From Dicyema japonicum (taxonomy: Eukaryota > Animalia > Dicyemida): a stretch of DNA of 64,000 nucleotides. Below, one piece after another: positions 20,988 through 33,959 of the stretch. The DNA is taken from positions 934,676 through 998,675 of the forward strand of contig RDEW01000002.1 in assembly GCA_011109175.1 (NCBI GenBank). Reading direction: 5' to 3'. The translations under genes and the position numbers were made by a program. Each line of letters starts with the position of its first letter. Within the stretch, counting starts at the first letter, position 1. The notes beneath the pieces were generated by a model. The model saw nothing but the letters and a program-made list of their open reading frames with translations. It was not told the DNA's origin and made no database searches.

Positions 20988-23900
20988 ATGGAAGAGTCCT
21001 TACTAAAAGCAGCGGCCACCAATGATGTGAAGCTTCTCAGATTCTGTCTCGAAACAGCATTTCCGTGAACTCAACCAATTTGGTATTCTTAATAAACAAT
21101 CTGCTAATAAATTGATCGGAATTCTGAGATTGTTTAATTATTAATATTGATTTATTTATCAAACTACTGTTTAGAATGGATTCACTGCTCTCCACATTGC
21201 CTCCAAAGCCGGTAACTACGATATTGCACATGAACTCATCGATATGAGTGCAGACATAAACGCAAGGACACAGGTTATACTTTTACGTTTTGTGGTTATT
21301 TAATCATTACTTTGTGTTGCATTTTATTTATGTGCTTTTTGACATTTATATTGCCTTTAAATTTATGTTAATGTACTTTAATGGAGCCTTACCTTTCAGA
21401 TGGGGAATACTCCCCTCCACATTGCCGCACTTGCCGGCAGACTCGAAATCGTGGATTTGCTGATAAAGAACAACGCCAATGTCAATGCCCAGACAAATGT
21501 ACGTGTTTGATTTATTTTCAGAGGGGCTTCACTCCCTTGTATATGGCAGCACAACAAAACCAAATTGACATCGTCAAATCTCTCCTCGCTGCGGGAGCCA
21601 ATCCATACTTGCTGGCTGAGGTAAACTTTGGCTTTATCCTAGGACAAATTCGCTCCCCTAGCTATCGCCTCACAACAGGGACATGCAGAACTGGTGGACA
21701 TTCTGCTTACTCACGAACAAATGCTTGAAGGTTCTGAGAAACTTACAAAGCTGCACATGGCTGTTAAAAAGGAGAACCTGGACATCATAGAATCTCTCCT
21801 ACTGACAAACCACCATGTGGACGAATTATCAGACGTAAACATGTCTAGACACGTGTAGGACGGAGTTACGCCTCTCTGCACAGCAATCAACTTCAGACGA
21901 TACAATGCCGCCGTCCTGTTGATCTCCAAAGGCGCCAATGTGAATATTAGTTTGACAAATGACAACCGACCGATACACTTTGCCACCAAGACGGGACGAT
22001 ATAAATTTGTGGAGTTGCTTGTTTCCTCTGTGGCGGACGTAAATGTGACTAATAAGGTATTCTGATATTCTCTTTATTTGAAGGGCGGGTTCACTCCCTT
22101 GCATTTCGCTGCAATGGGCGGTCACCAGGAAATACTTGAGATGCTATTAGAAAACGGGGCAAATCCGACTGCCCAAACGAAGGTAGGGTCACTCATTACT
22201 CTCAGACCGGTCTCACTCCCCTCCACTACTCTTGCATGAAAAATCACGACAGTTGTGCCAGATTACTCATAGCTGCGGGGGCCAACGTGGAAGCAAAAGC
22301 CACAGTTCTCACAAACCGTAAATTATAGAATGGCCTCACTGCACTCCATGCTGCAGCTCACTATGGATGTGATGCAGTCGTTAAACAACTCATAAATAGA
22401 AATGCTGATTTTAATGCAAAGACATTAGTATTCGTTATTTTGAATCTTAGAACGGGTACACTCCTTTGCACATTGCTTGTTCTCGCTCTGCCTTTGAAGT
22501 AGTCAGTAGTTTGCTTTACTACAATGAAGTCCTCATCGACGAACCAAATTTGGTAGGTTATGGCTCTTACTTAAAGGATGGCTTGATTCCACTCCACACG
22601 GCAAGCTTTATGGGGGAATATGAGATTTTGAAGCTGTTGGTGGATAATGGAGCTGATTTGACGACCACCAATAACCACGGAATGACCGTCGTTCACTTTG
22701 CAGCTGCCAAAGGCAGTGTGAGGATTCTGAAATATCTAATAAAACTAAACTGTGATGTCAATACCCTCGCTAAGGTCGCTTAATAAGTCATCTTAGAACG
22801 GAGAGACTCCTCTACTGTTATCAGTGTACTCTTGTAATCTGGAGCCACACAACTGCTTATTGAGAACGGTGCCGACTGTCTAATAGCCTCCACAAAGCAA
22901 TACAACGTCCATCACATGGCTGCTAAACACAACATGGTCGATTTGATGTTTCTACTGCACGAATCAGTAGTGAAAAGTCAAGGAGTTGATGAGAATTTGC
23001 TGAGGAAAACCTGTGTTGATTTCAATTCTTTGATGAATTAGAAAGGATTCTGTCCCATCCACGTGGCTTCGAAGTATGGGAACGATTTGATCGTCAAATA
23101 CCTGCTAACGATCGGGACGACGTCAATATGATTGCTAAAGTCTTTAAAATTCGATAAATTTAGAGGAAACTGACTCCATTGTTGATTGCCACTCACTACG
23201 GTAACTTTAATGTCGTCGAAGTGCTCTTGGACTTCAAAGCAGACTTCAAACTTGCCGCCTCTGTTTAAAATTCTAATTATTTTAGAATGGATTCACGGCT
23301 GTTCACATTGCTGTCTTGTATGACAACTTTGCCATCGCTGAGCTTCTGTTGATGGTGGGAGCCTCCCCTAACAGCCTCTCAAAGGTCTATCTCCCTTTTA
23401 CGACTAGGCCGGGTTTGCTCCTTTACATATTTCTACGAGTCGTCGTTCTGTTGAAGGAACTGCACTTCTAATAAAATATAACGCCTTCCATACCCCCATA
23501 TCAAACGTTGTCATTTTAGATATTTGTTAGGAGGGGATAACACCTATGCACTGCTGTGCTAAAGAAGACTGCGTTGATTGTGCGGAACTGCTTTACGTTG
23601 AGGGAGCGTCTTTGAATGAACAGAATAACGTTTTTTTATCATTAATGATTACCAGGACGGTTATACTCCGCTTTTGGTCGCTTGCTACTACTGCAGTTTG
23701 AACATGATTTTGTTTCTGCTCAAAAATGGGGTCCCTCTAGACCACCAGACTAAAGTTGGGTTGACTTGGTAACTTAGATCGGATACACTGCTCTTCACCA
23801 GGCTGCACAGCAGGGGTCAACTGAAATTGTCTCTTTGCTGCTGAAACACGGTGCTGATCCGAATATACTGTGCTACGTATTACTGATCTTATTTGGTAGG

Positions 23901-26900
23901 AGAATCAAACAGCACTCGACATAGCAAAGCTGTTCGACCACCCTCAAGTCGTCGAATTACTTTCAGATTGCACGAGTGTGGAGACAGATGGTCCTATCTC
24001 CAAGGAGAAACGTGTTTATGCCCAGCCAATGGGGGTCTCTGACAGCATATTTATAGACTCTGAGGACGAAACCAGTAATATTGCCATTTCAGCGCCATTT
24101 CGTGTTCTATAGTTTTCATGTTTCGTATTAATTTCAAATTACCGCATTAAATCTTCTTGTGATGCTGTTTATTGTTACAATTCTTGCAGCAATTTTATGC
24201 ATCATTTCTTATATTTTTGCCATGTTTTACGTTTATAATTTGTCTTTTGGTTACTTGGTTGTAACATTTTAGGTGATGGCCACACACTTCGACGATTTCT
24301 GCGATTCCCAAGTATGTATTTATCATTATGTCAATCCTCCATTATATCCTATATTAACGCACGTGACAGCTGTTGTCACTACTAATATATATTACTTCAT
24401 TATATCGTTTTTGTATATGAGCTTATTTTGCTGTTCTCGTAAATCTAAGCGATGGTGTAATAAGCTGTTCAAACGACGCAGTAATTTTGTGATTTATTAT
24501 AACACCACTCCATCTCTAATCCAGTTAATCCCTTAGTTACATAATATCTGTTTTACTGTTACCTTCTTAGAACTCGTCGATAACTCTTCTAACTTGCTTA
24601 ATAGTAATCAACCAATCATTCACTCCTTTGACGTCACCTCCACTATAATTGTCGCTTTAATGGTCATTTGTAGCCTGAGGATCACAATGTAAAGGAAACC
24701 AGACTTGACTTTACCAAAGAGCAGCCAGAACTGCCGAGGAATGCACCATTAGTTTCGGATTCATGTATTTTCACATCGAGCAAGCAGGCCGCAAACCACA
24801 CATTCACCAGCCTTTATGATTCAATTGTTAAGCATTCAACAAACGATTCCAAATCCCACATTCTGGCGTTTGATGGACACGCAAATCCATACTTTTACTC
24901 TAATTATTATTCATTCCTAAAAGTTGACAATGACAACGTTCTACGGTTGTACCCTTCTCAAAAATCCAACATTTGCTACGATTCTCAGGGAATTCCTTTT
25001 GTGGTCTCACATGACTTTACTCTGTATTACGACTCTAATAAGCAATTGATTGCCAAATCTGCTGATTCGAGGACTTTTTGTGTTTATTATGGAGATGACT
25101 TTAATGGTAAACAAGTCACAAAGCCGAGTGTGGGAATCAGACTTAGAGGGGATGACTATTATGCCGTTGAGAAGGACGAGCAACTATTTTACGATTGTGA
25201 TGGATTTCCCATTATTGAAGGGGACGGAATTTTATACTCAGATTCCCACAGAAAACTGTTTTATGTCGACCATAAACAAAATCAAGTCAAACCACTATAC
25301 TATAGGACATATCAACTGAAGAAAGAACCCAAAGACATTCTCACTACATTTGACCACTATGGAACTCCTCTCCTTGGAATGATCTCTGAGTCCTCGTTTT
25401 CTATGACTCGCAACACTTCTGACCAGTCCACCTGCTATTCTGAGTTTTTCGTGTTGAGTAAGCACGGAATTCCGTTATTTGGAGATTCCGCTTCCAGTCA
25501 GCTTTACTTTGACGATGAGGAAAATTTAGTGTCTGTTGACAAAGATGGTATCTCCACTCCAATTCTGATAACAGAGAAGCAAACTCCCGTCAAGATCACC
25601 GTCTCCAAAATTGTTGATGTGACGGATGATGCTGCTTTCATAAACTGCCCCAATTATGCCCATGTTCAGTACAACTATTACGGATTCCCCATACTTTTCG
25701 CTGATTCCCGACAAGAAGACGTCGATTATAGACCAAACGGTCTCCTTGAACTGAATTCCAAAGTTCTGTGTACTTTTGACGACAAAAGGCCATTAGTCTG
25801 GCCTTTGGCGTATGCTGATGCAATTTTCGACTGTATGGGGGTCCCTCTCCCTTCGTCTGACTTGTCCCTTTACATGAAATCTGTTGTTATTACTGATGAA
25901 GCTGTTGTGCTAAATTCTGACTTTCCCACGGGAAACCTCGTTTACCTCCCTAACGGGTTCCCATTTTGTAATTTCTGTTTTCGTAATATGCTGACTTATG
26001 GAAGTGATGGTTTACTTTATTATGACGACGGTAATACTCGGAGACCTGTTATGAGCAATTCACTGCAAATTCAGAAACTCTCTGTTGATGTGGAATTTGT
26101 TAACAACTCGTATGTTGCCTTAGAAGACGAGTTCTTTTATGATTGCTTTGGAGTGCCTTTAGTTGATTTAAAGTTCCCGTCTTTGGTGTTGACTGTGAAG
26201 GAGGACGGTCGTGTTTGTGTGATTGACGGAAATAATCTTACCGTTGAGTTTTTCCTCTTTGATTCCAATGGGAGATTTGTTAGTCGTCGTTCTTGTCTTG
26301 GTTCAGTGCTGTACAATAGTTGGGGGAAACTGGTTAATCTTAATGAGTATGACGCCTCACTTGTCCATTCGGATAACAGCTATCAACTCAAATATTCAGG
26401 TCAAACTGGATTGATCTATGACGACAGAGCATGTCCCCTTGTTATTAATGGAAATGTGTCATTATTGAAATACAACTCTTTGGGACAGCTTTTATATGAC
26501 AATCTGCAAGTTTACTATGAGGACGGATCTCTAGTAATGCACCCGGGATCAACTGTTGTGATTAACGATTCCAGTACATCTGCCTATTTGGTGCCCCGAA
26601 ATAACGTGAACTATTCAGTCGACTGGCATGGTGTACCATAACCACGGCAGAAACACTAGGCTCTATTCTTCTACGTAATGACGACTATACTCTCGACTTT
26701 ACAGATGGAATCAATTATACTCCCTTATATTATGACAGTCAATGCTGTGAAGTCATGAAAGCACATGTTATGCCGGAAAATATGAATCTCTACTACACGT
26801 CTGACGGGGTTAAACATGAGGGCGACATTCCTTATGCTGAAATCATTAGTGAATCTGATGGGAGTTATCGCATGCGTGAAGATGAGAGTGAAGTTGTGTT

Positions 26901-29900
26901 TATGCCGACTGGGACGCCTCTCACTAATTTACAAAGTGGAAAGGGGGATCTGCTGTATTATGATGATAATCAGCTTGTTTGCTATCCTTATGTCTAAAAT
27001 GCCAAACAAGGTATTTACTAGTCGCAAAACCCCGTTTACTGACCCACGTGCATCAGTTTTTGAGAGTGAGGAGACTTTGTATGTGAAACCCGGTTCGAGG
27101 GGAACTGTCCTGTTTGATTGGAATGGAATGCCATTGGTGGATGTTGGGAAAGTTAGGCCATTATCCAATGGGACATTCTTGTCCTATTCAACCTGTTCCA
27201 ACCTCCCACGTGTGCTGGTAAGTTATGAAACTGATCGACCCATTGCAAGGAAAGGACTGGACAAACAGAGTCACTTGGTAACTAAAAGAGTGACTTTTAG
27301 TCTAATTTGGGAGAGGATGAGGTTGAGTGGACCGATTGTGTGTTGGTGGAGTCCCCTGCTTTTGATAAGTCTAAACACGTGCTAGAGGAGTCTTTTGTTT
27401 CTGAAAATTTTGTTGATGGGCTTTATCCACTGCCTCATAATGGGATCAATCTAAATATTTCTGGCTCCACGAAACCGACCACGTGTTCGCTTCTCAGATT
27501 CCGAGTCAGTTTTGTATTGGATGCACGGCCGAAGGTGGTTGAGAATAAAAAACTTAAAAATATGCGCATTTTTGCCGGCGTAAATTCAGTCATTCGTCCA
27601 ACATTTGTTAATGTCAACTTTCTGCATCCCTCTTCCGTTAATTGTCCTGATCTGTCCGACGGGAACAGTTTGCTACAAAAATAATACAATTTACTGCAAC
27701 TCAGGATAATTTTAGAAGGTTTTTTTATCAACTAAAGTATCAGATCTCTGGTTATCGACATTCCCGTGTACACAACCGACGATAGTTCCCGCTCTCTTTA
27801 TGTGCTTTATCAATCAGATGCAAAATGGATTCCTTTTAATCCCAACTCTGAGCTTGTTGAAGATATCATTAGTTCAGCGTGTTCATCCACTGGGGGTAAA
27901 ACATATTTTAACCAAAGATAAAGTCCCCAATTCATCTCAAAATGTGCTTCGGCTTTGTGTGGAATTTTTCCCCATCACTTTGGCCGTAATTTCCCGCCCA
28001 AAAATCAATATTTTCACAGTTGACAGCAATCCTCAGACCATTTCCCCTGATAACAAGTGCTTCTTCATGTTTCCTCAAAATTTTGTCAGAAAACCGACAG
28101 ATATTGCCATTCAGGTCGTTCTCCTTGATATTTAGATGTTGGATGTCTCAATGGAGGATATTCAGTCGACCGTTGGGAAGAAAGTCTTTGTGAGTCCAAT
28201 CATAATTATTAAACCCTCAAATGTCGTCTTCCAGGAGCATTTCAAATGCCAAGTTCCACTAATTGGTTATGAGAACAAAAATAAGTTGTTTGACTTTGAA
28301 CATAACGCCCATCTGTTCACCTCATCAAGTTGTGCTTGTTATTACTTTAGGAAAATCAACCACGTGGGAGGATATGACCTATTCTACTGATATTGTGCTA
28401 CAGAGAGACTTTAATATTGCCTTCACTTCATCGAGGAGTGCAAAGTATTTTTGGAGGGTAAATGGTAGATTCTGGATTATGATGTCCCTCGAAAGGGACG
28501 AGACCACGATTAGTAATAAACTGAATATTCTGTACAAGAAGACTCTGTCGGTTGATTATATGGCCATGTTCTACGTTTTTGCTGCCCGGGTGTCTCCCAC
28601 TTCCTTTCACCTCATTTGTGCTTGTGTGACTGACGCCGTCGACCAATCGTTCCTTTACTTTGACAAGAGTGGTTATCAGCAGGTCGTCTCCACTAAACAC
28701 TATAACGTACATTTTATGTTACTCTAAGATTCCTGGATATCAGCAGATATTCGTTTCGGTCTCTGGTGGTGGTTGTTATATGATAAAACCACTGGAAGCT
28801 TGCAAGATCTATTTCGACCCTTTTTTCGAAAATTTGTTGGGAGTTTACGTGGAGTTCTTTGAAAGCTCAGAAGGGACCCCCCAAATAACATTCCTTAACG
28901 AAGACAAATCCCGAATATTTACAAAGTCTTTCAATTACCCATCTGATGCACTCGTAAGACTATTTTATTATCATTTAGCCAAATACTAACAAATCTGTCA
29001 ATAATTCGACTGAAGGTTGACTCTGGGGTTATTTTAGCTGATTCTCCGTTGAATGGATGCTATTCTACGTGATGTTAAGATTATCAGTAATTCCTTGATA
29101 TATTTCAGCTGAAACTATTTATGAGGAGAATCTGTCCGACGACGTTGAAGTGACTGCATTAAATTGATACGCTTGTTGACATTGCATGTGTTCAAAGTGG
29201 AGATCAAAGTAATGTCGATAATGTAAGCAGTAGGTGATTCCTTTGATCGTCCTGTTGACTTTGTAAGTTTTGATGATAAAGTTTTACCTGGTATTATGGA
29301 TTACTGACGTCTAGACGATAATATTGCTGAAAGTTTGGTGGCAATTGATCCTGGATCACCAGTCAATGTAACACATACAGTAATCCACCAGGATGACATA
29401 CAGGTGACTCAATCACTCTTTACTGGAGTGGAGGAATCGACTAAGGAAGGTTTGTGATGTTTCAATTGCTAGTTGAGGTTGTAATTGAGGACATGAAAGC
29501 TGAGGACATAATTGGTGAACAGACTGTGACCCAGGACACTCAGGAGACTGATGAAGGTTTGATGGGAAGTGACCTTAATAGTTGAGGTCTACATTGAAGA
29601 GTCTGTCATTCAAAGAGTGGAGGACACCAATGAGGGGGGTTTGATGATTACTAATGATAATTAGGTGAGGATGATGACTCTCATAGTAATTCCATGGATG
29701 AACATTTTGTGATTGAACATTTCTCATCAAGAGAGGACGGTTTGGTCGTTTAAACAATTCCTAGTGGCTGAGACTCTTAGGGATTCAAACAGTCCAGTTG
29801 ACCCAGCACGTGAGGACGACCAGCTTATAGTGTCTGGGGTGTCAATCCCACTAATCTCAACTGAAGATAACCAGAATTCTGATCGGAATCAGCAAAATAC

Positions 29901-30218
29901 TGCACAATGACTCAAATGTCTGTTATTAGTGAGGGTTAGTCAATGTGAATGATTGTAGTCGAGATTATCGTTGGTGATTCAGAAGATGGTGATAATTCTA
30001 ATCAAAGTAAGTTTATCATTTTTGTTATAATTATTGGCTGTTGTGAATTTTGTTGATAATTTTCAGATGGTTTGGTAGATATTGCTGTTTATGTAAATCC
30101 ATTGCCGTATTCTGAATATATTTGGCTTACTACTCCCTGTCTTTTGCATTTTGTACGCATACTTGAGTACACTGAATATTTTGAACCTTTCTTTGATGTT
30201 TATTACTTTGATTCATAA
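20988..30218 (+). CDS. ANK: Ankyrin: long ANK-repeat array, giant repetitive insert, ZU5-ZU5-UPA, acidic tail; 3' end approximate
   Basis: Serial ANK repeats ([32 protein letters not shown]) split by phase-0 introns; ZU5 [10 protein letters not shown] at 27499; [13 protein letters not shown]...CACVTD at ~28550-28700; several single-base indels. Confidence 0.9.
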
Positions 30219-30462
30219 CATTTCTTATTTTGTTATTTTAGATTCTGCATGAATGATGTACTTAGACGTTTGGTAGTTTGACTTAATGAATTTAATAAAT
30301 ATTCTTTCGTTATTCTTTAGTTGGTATTTATCAGATTTAGCTTATATGGTAAATAGAAGAGTTGTTGTTTACCCTGAGTATTCATTATTATGTTGGGTAA
30401 TTCTCGAGATCTCTATTCGATGACTTACTACACGAACTAAGTGAAGAACAAATAGATTAATT

Positions 30463-32377
30463 ATTTTTATAAGGAAAAAGGAAAAAGAATAGTTAATTTT
30501 AATTCAGCTGTTGGGAGATGCACAAGCTATTCCCACGGACAACAGCCAACGAGAGCCTCTCCTTGAGCCATCTCGTCTCACGAAGATCACCAGTTTTGTC
30601 AGTTAGTAGTTTTCCCAAATGGTTCAGGAACTTCAGCGTTTTAGGGCCAAAGTTCCCCGAAGTTTCAATCGCGACAGGTGCGAAAATGTACCTGTCGCTG
30701 ATATCCGAGTATTTAGCATTTTTTACTTCCTCTGCTTGAGAAGAAGGTCTGCCCGGTGAATTATTTTTTTTGCTTGGGGCGAAAGAGCAGACACAGGTCA
30801 CATCCCATACAAGGTTTCGCCCTCGCTCAAAAGGAAAGGAGGTCATGCCGTCAGGGCGTCTTCCGTTGTCAAATAGACCAGTCGGTTCGATCCGGCAACG
30901 GAATCCAGCCGATTCTAATGCCCTCTTAATGATGCCGTTCATTGCCGAATGTCGAGAAGATCTGCCAATTCCGCTCCGGCATGAGAGGAGGTGGAGACCC
31001 AGTTCGTCCGATAGACAGCCACATTTGCACTTCGATTTGGTGCAAACAGGCAATCCGAGGTGTAGACATACAGCTGTACGAAGTGAGTCATCATCCAACA
31101 ATCCACCAACTTCTTGACATGGGTAAACCCCAAGCCAAGATCCATCAACCGCCTCCCTCGAATTTTGGAAACAATCCAGGCGATGTCCAGAGAGCCGGCT
31201 GACTAGGTTGGATGCCAGAGCATTCCATCTATGGATCATCCAAGACGATTGTTGGTCTGGTTACGCGGCTCGCTAAGCCCTTCACTTCGCCACACGTCCA
31301 TGTATTCAACCAAGTCATTGGACAGTTTCCGAGATGGAAGCTTTGAAAGAATTGAGTCCACTTGGTTTTTGCATGAAAGTTTTGAGGCAAAATACGCCGG
31401 GCCAGCAATTTGGCAGGGAGTAGTAAGACCGATTCCACCCAATGATATCGGTAATTGAGTCTGTATCCATCCAGGGGTATCAAGAGAAACGTTAAGTACG
31501 AATTCAGTACATCTTTTGAGGCAATCAGAGTATTCCATTAAAAGGGAATCACACTTATAACATGGTGCAGTCCTTAGTAAATAGTTTAATCTTGGAATGG
31601 ACAAGCAGTTTCTCAATAGGAAGAGGGCAATATGGTTGTCAACATGCCGCAAACGGGTCTCAAAAGTACCGAGCTCTATTGTCCTTTCTTTAAACACGTC
31701 CACAATTTGGTTTTCGAATATAGGAGAACCGAGGAACAGAGACTCCCCAACTGGAACCGATGCATAATTTTCGAGAGTGTATTTAAACTGGTCATTGTAG
31801 AAAGTAGTCAGATCGGGACTCAAATTGATCTTGATTAATTCACATTTGGCCTTGTTGACAGAAAGGCCAATCGCTTCGAATTCAGATATCAAACGACGCA
31901 CGTCCTCCAAAACTGTATCTGGATGTCCACCAATGATTCCGTCATCCAAATACCATAAATTTAAAGGTGATTTTAAGCATGCGGCTACTCCTGGATCCCC
32001 AAAGCAAAGAGAAGAGGTCCAAGTGGGTCGCCTTGTTGAACACCAGTTCGTGATTTAATGATGGCATCGTGGAAAACCAATGATGATGGATTAGAATATG
32101 AAAGGCGAACAATCTCCCAAATATGTGGTAAATTTTTTTGGCATAACTCCAATAAATGATCTCTCCTTATGGAATTAAATGCGTTCTTAAGATCTACTTT
32201 GCAGACAACAACGTCCTCTTTGCATTCGGACGACGACGTGAAGAAACTCCTCACTGCGTGGACACAAGCCTCTGCACCGCCACGAACTCCAACGCCCATC
32301 TGTATAGGACTGAAAATAGGAAGTAATCTTTGAACCCCAGAAAAGCAAGCGACTTTAGCTGCAAGTCTCCTGAACTG
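30463..32377 (-). mobile_element. 5'-truncated CRE-clade non-LTR retrotransposon (RT + CCHC + RLE)
   Basis: QMGVGVRGGAEACVHA, GVQQGDPLGPLLF, YLDDG, CKCG...HLLSC, RRPDG, LVWDVTC; 12-bp TSD AATAGATTAATT at 30451-30462 and 32378-32389. Confidence 0.9.
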
Positions 32378-32419
32378 AATAGATTAATTTAATGTTAGAA
32401 TACAAACCGATCCAATTGA

Positions 32420-32690
32420 GGAACCTAAACTAAGATGACTTGAGACCGTACTTGGTTAGTAGTCTCAACCACTCATTTTGAATTCTTTACTAGTATCGAT
32501 TACATCTAAAACAGGTTTTATCAAGTTCTCACGATCAGATTGGGACGTATTCCACCACTTTGAGAACCCATGAAATCTCCAATGAATTGAAGAAAGCAAA
32601 AACAGAATCCTTCGACCAAGGAGGCAACGATGTTGGAGCCAACACCTTAACGACTCGTGTGACAACACTAACTACTACGCTAGCTGGTCT
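32420..32690 (-). mobile_element. Putative tRNA-head SINE family (related copies at ~36620-36880 + and ~43075-43260 +)
   Basis: Shared CTC(C/T)TGGT(C/T)GA(A/G)GGATT body; A-box-like heads and GGGTTC(A/T)AT(T/C)CCC B boxes in the + copies. Confidence 0.4.
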
Positions 32691-32761
32691 CTTATGATAG
32701 TTTAATAATTCATATAAATAGTACTTTTAATAATCAGAATATAATAAACATAAATGCCGAC

Positions 32762-33882
32762 CTACCCTCTTCTATAAGTATTCCCAGAACCTCTCCTATG
32801 ATCTACAATAAGGCCTTAACACAACCATCTTTATAATCATCCATCCATCTTTGCTTCATAAGCTCTTCCTCTTCCGTCAACTTAACGACCGCTTCTTTGA
32901 CTGGCTCATTAGCGTCCTCATATTGCATTTTAAACCACTGTTCGACAGTATAGACTGGGAGAGACGGATATCCTGCACCCAACACAGCTTTCTCAACATC
33001 AGATCTTGTCAGTATAAAATTCTACAATGATAAAACGAAAACCTTATTTATTTCCCGCCTCTTTATGGGAGAAGGCGATTTTTGTGGACCACCTCGATTT
33101 TTTAAAAGTAGCAGTTCGCCTGAAATTCACAAAATTTATACTTTTGTTGAATTCGTCAAGTTCCTCGCATTTCTGTAAAAGTTGCTCAATATACATAAGC
33201 CAGAAAGACCTCTGATATGATCCAATCAATATTAACCTTAATTTCGTCGTCCGCAGCGTCGATTCCGTGCTTCAAACGCTGGATCTGCTCGTTTCTGGTT
33301 TTCATTGCTTTGTAGGCGGCAATTTTTCGGGCTCTTTTTATCTTCAAAATTGTAAATCTTTATTTCTAATAATAAAATTAAATTAAATATATATATTTAA
33401 ATAAAAATTTTAAATACTTTTCATCATCCGACTTTTGATGTAGTACATTCTGCAGAGTTTTACAAAATTTCTAGAATACTCCTAGGAAATAACAGAAAAT
33501 AACAAAAATGGAAGAATAATCAAGAAACCATAGAATCTTAATGTTGTCCTCTCGGCCTGTTTCGGCTACAATTGGCAGGACATTCTGAAAATGTGCTAAA
33601 AGGCCGGTAGCATGATGAATCTAAATCATAGCAGTCAATTTAAATGTTCAGTGGAATCTCGTCGATGGCTTCGTTATCACTGAATAGTTGCGTACTATCA
33701 CCATATTTATTAGTGTTTTACAGTCTGAAATGGCCTTTGAAATGTTTTCCTAAAGGTGATCAGTTTTTTACTGAATTTGTTGGAATGACATTGATTCCAT
33801 ATTGTGAATGTCTGTAGTATTGATGTGAATATTTCACTAATGTTTCCCTCACTTTCCTACAATTAAACAAAACCACAACCAT
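32762..33882 (-). CDS. IGBP1: Immunoglobulin-binding protein 1 / alpha4 / TAP42 (PP2A regulator)
   Basis: QLFSDNEAIDEIPTEHL..MLPAFL, RARKIAAYK, GAGYPSLPVYTV, RWMDDYKD-HRRGSGN; mini-introns. Confidence 0.9.
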
Positions 33883-33959
33883 TACACACAAGATTGATTT
33901 GTTTTTAAATTTTAAATTATTTTTATTTACAGTTTGTTAATATAATTAATAATTAATTA

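Noticed and set aside
26625-26665. A 20-nt intron (GTGTACCATAACCACGGCAG) explaining the frame change in the giant exon
   Set aside because: It is formally frame-restoring, but shorter than the other introns, lacks their AT-rich character, and would delete a GVP motif that fits the repeat. A missing base is more likely.
21050-27690. Ankyrin as a pseudogene or with programmed frameshifts (e.g. ~22844, ~23116, ~26639, ~27669)
   Set aside because: Most breaks are single-base losses in homopolymers, with conserved sequence on both sides. The same pattern occurs in BAZ1A, IGBP1 and TIA1, so consensus errors are the most parsimonious explanation; accurate reads are needed to confirm.
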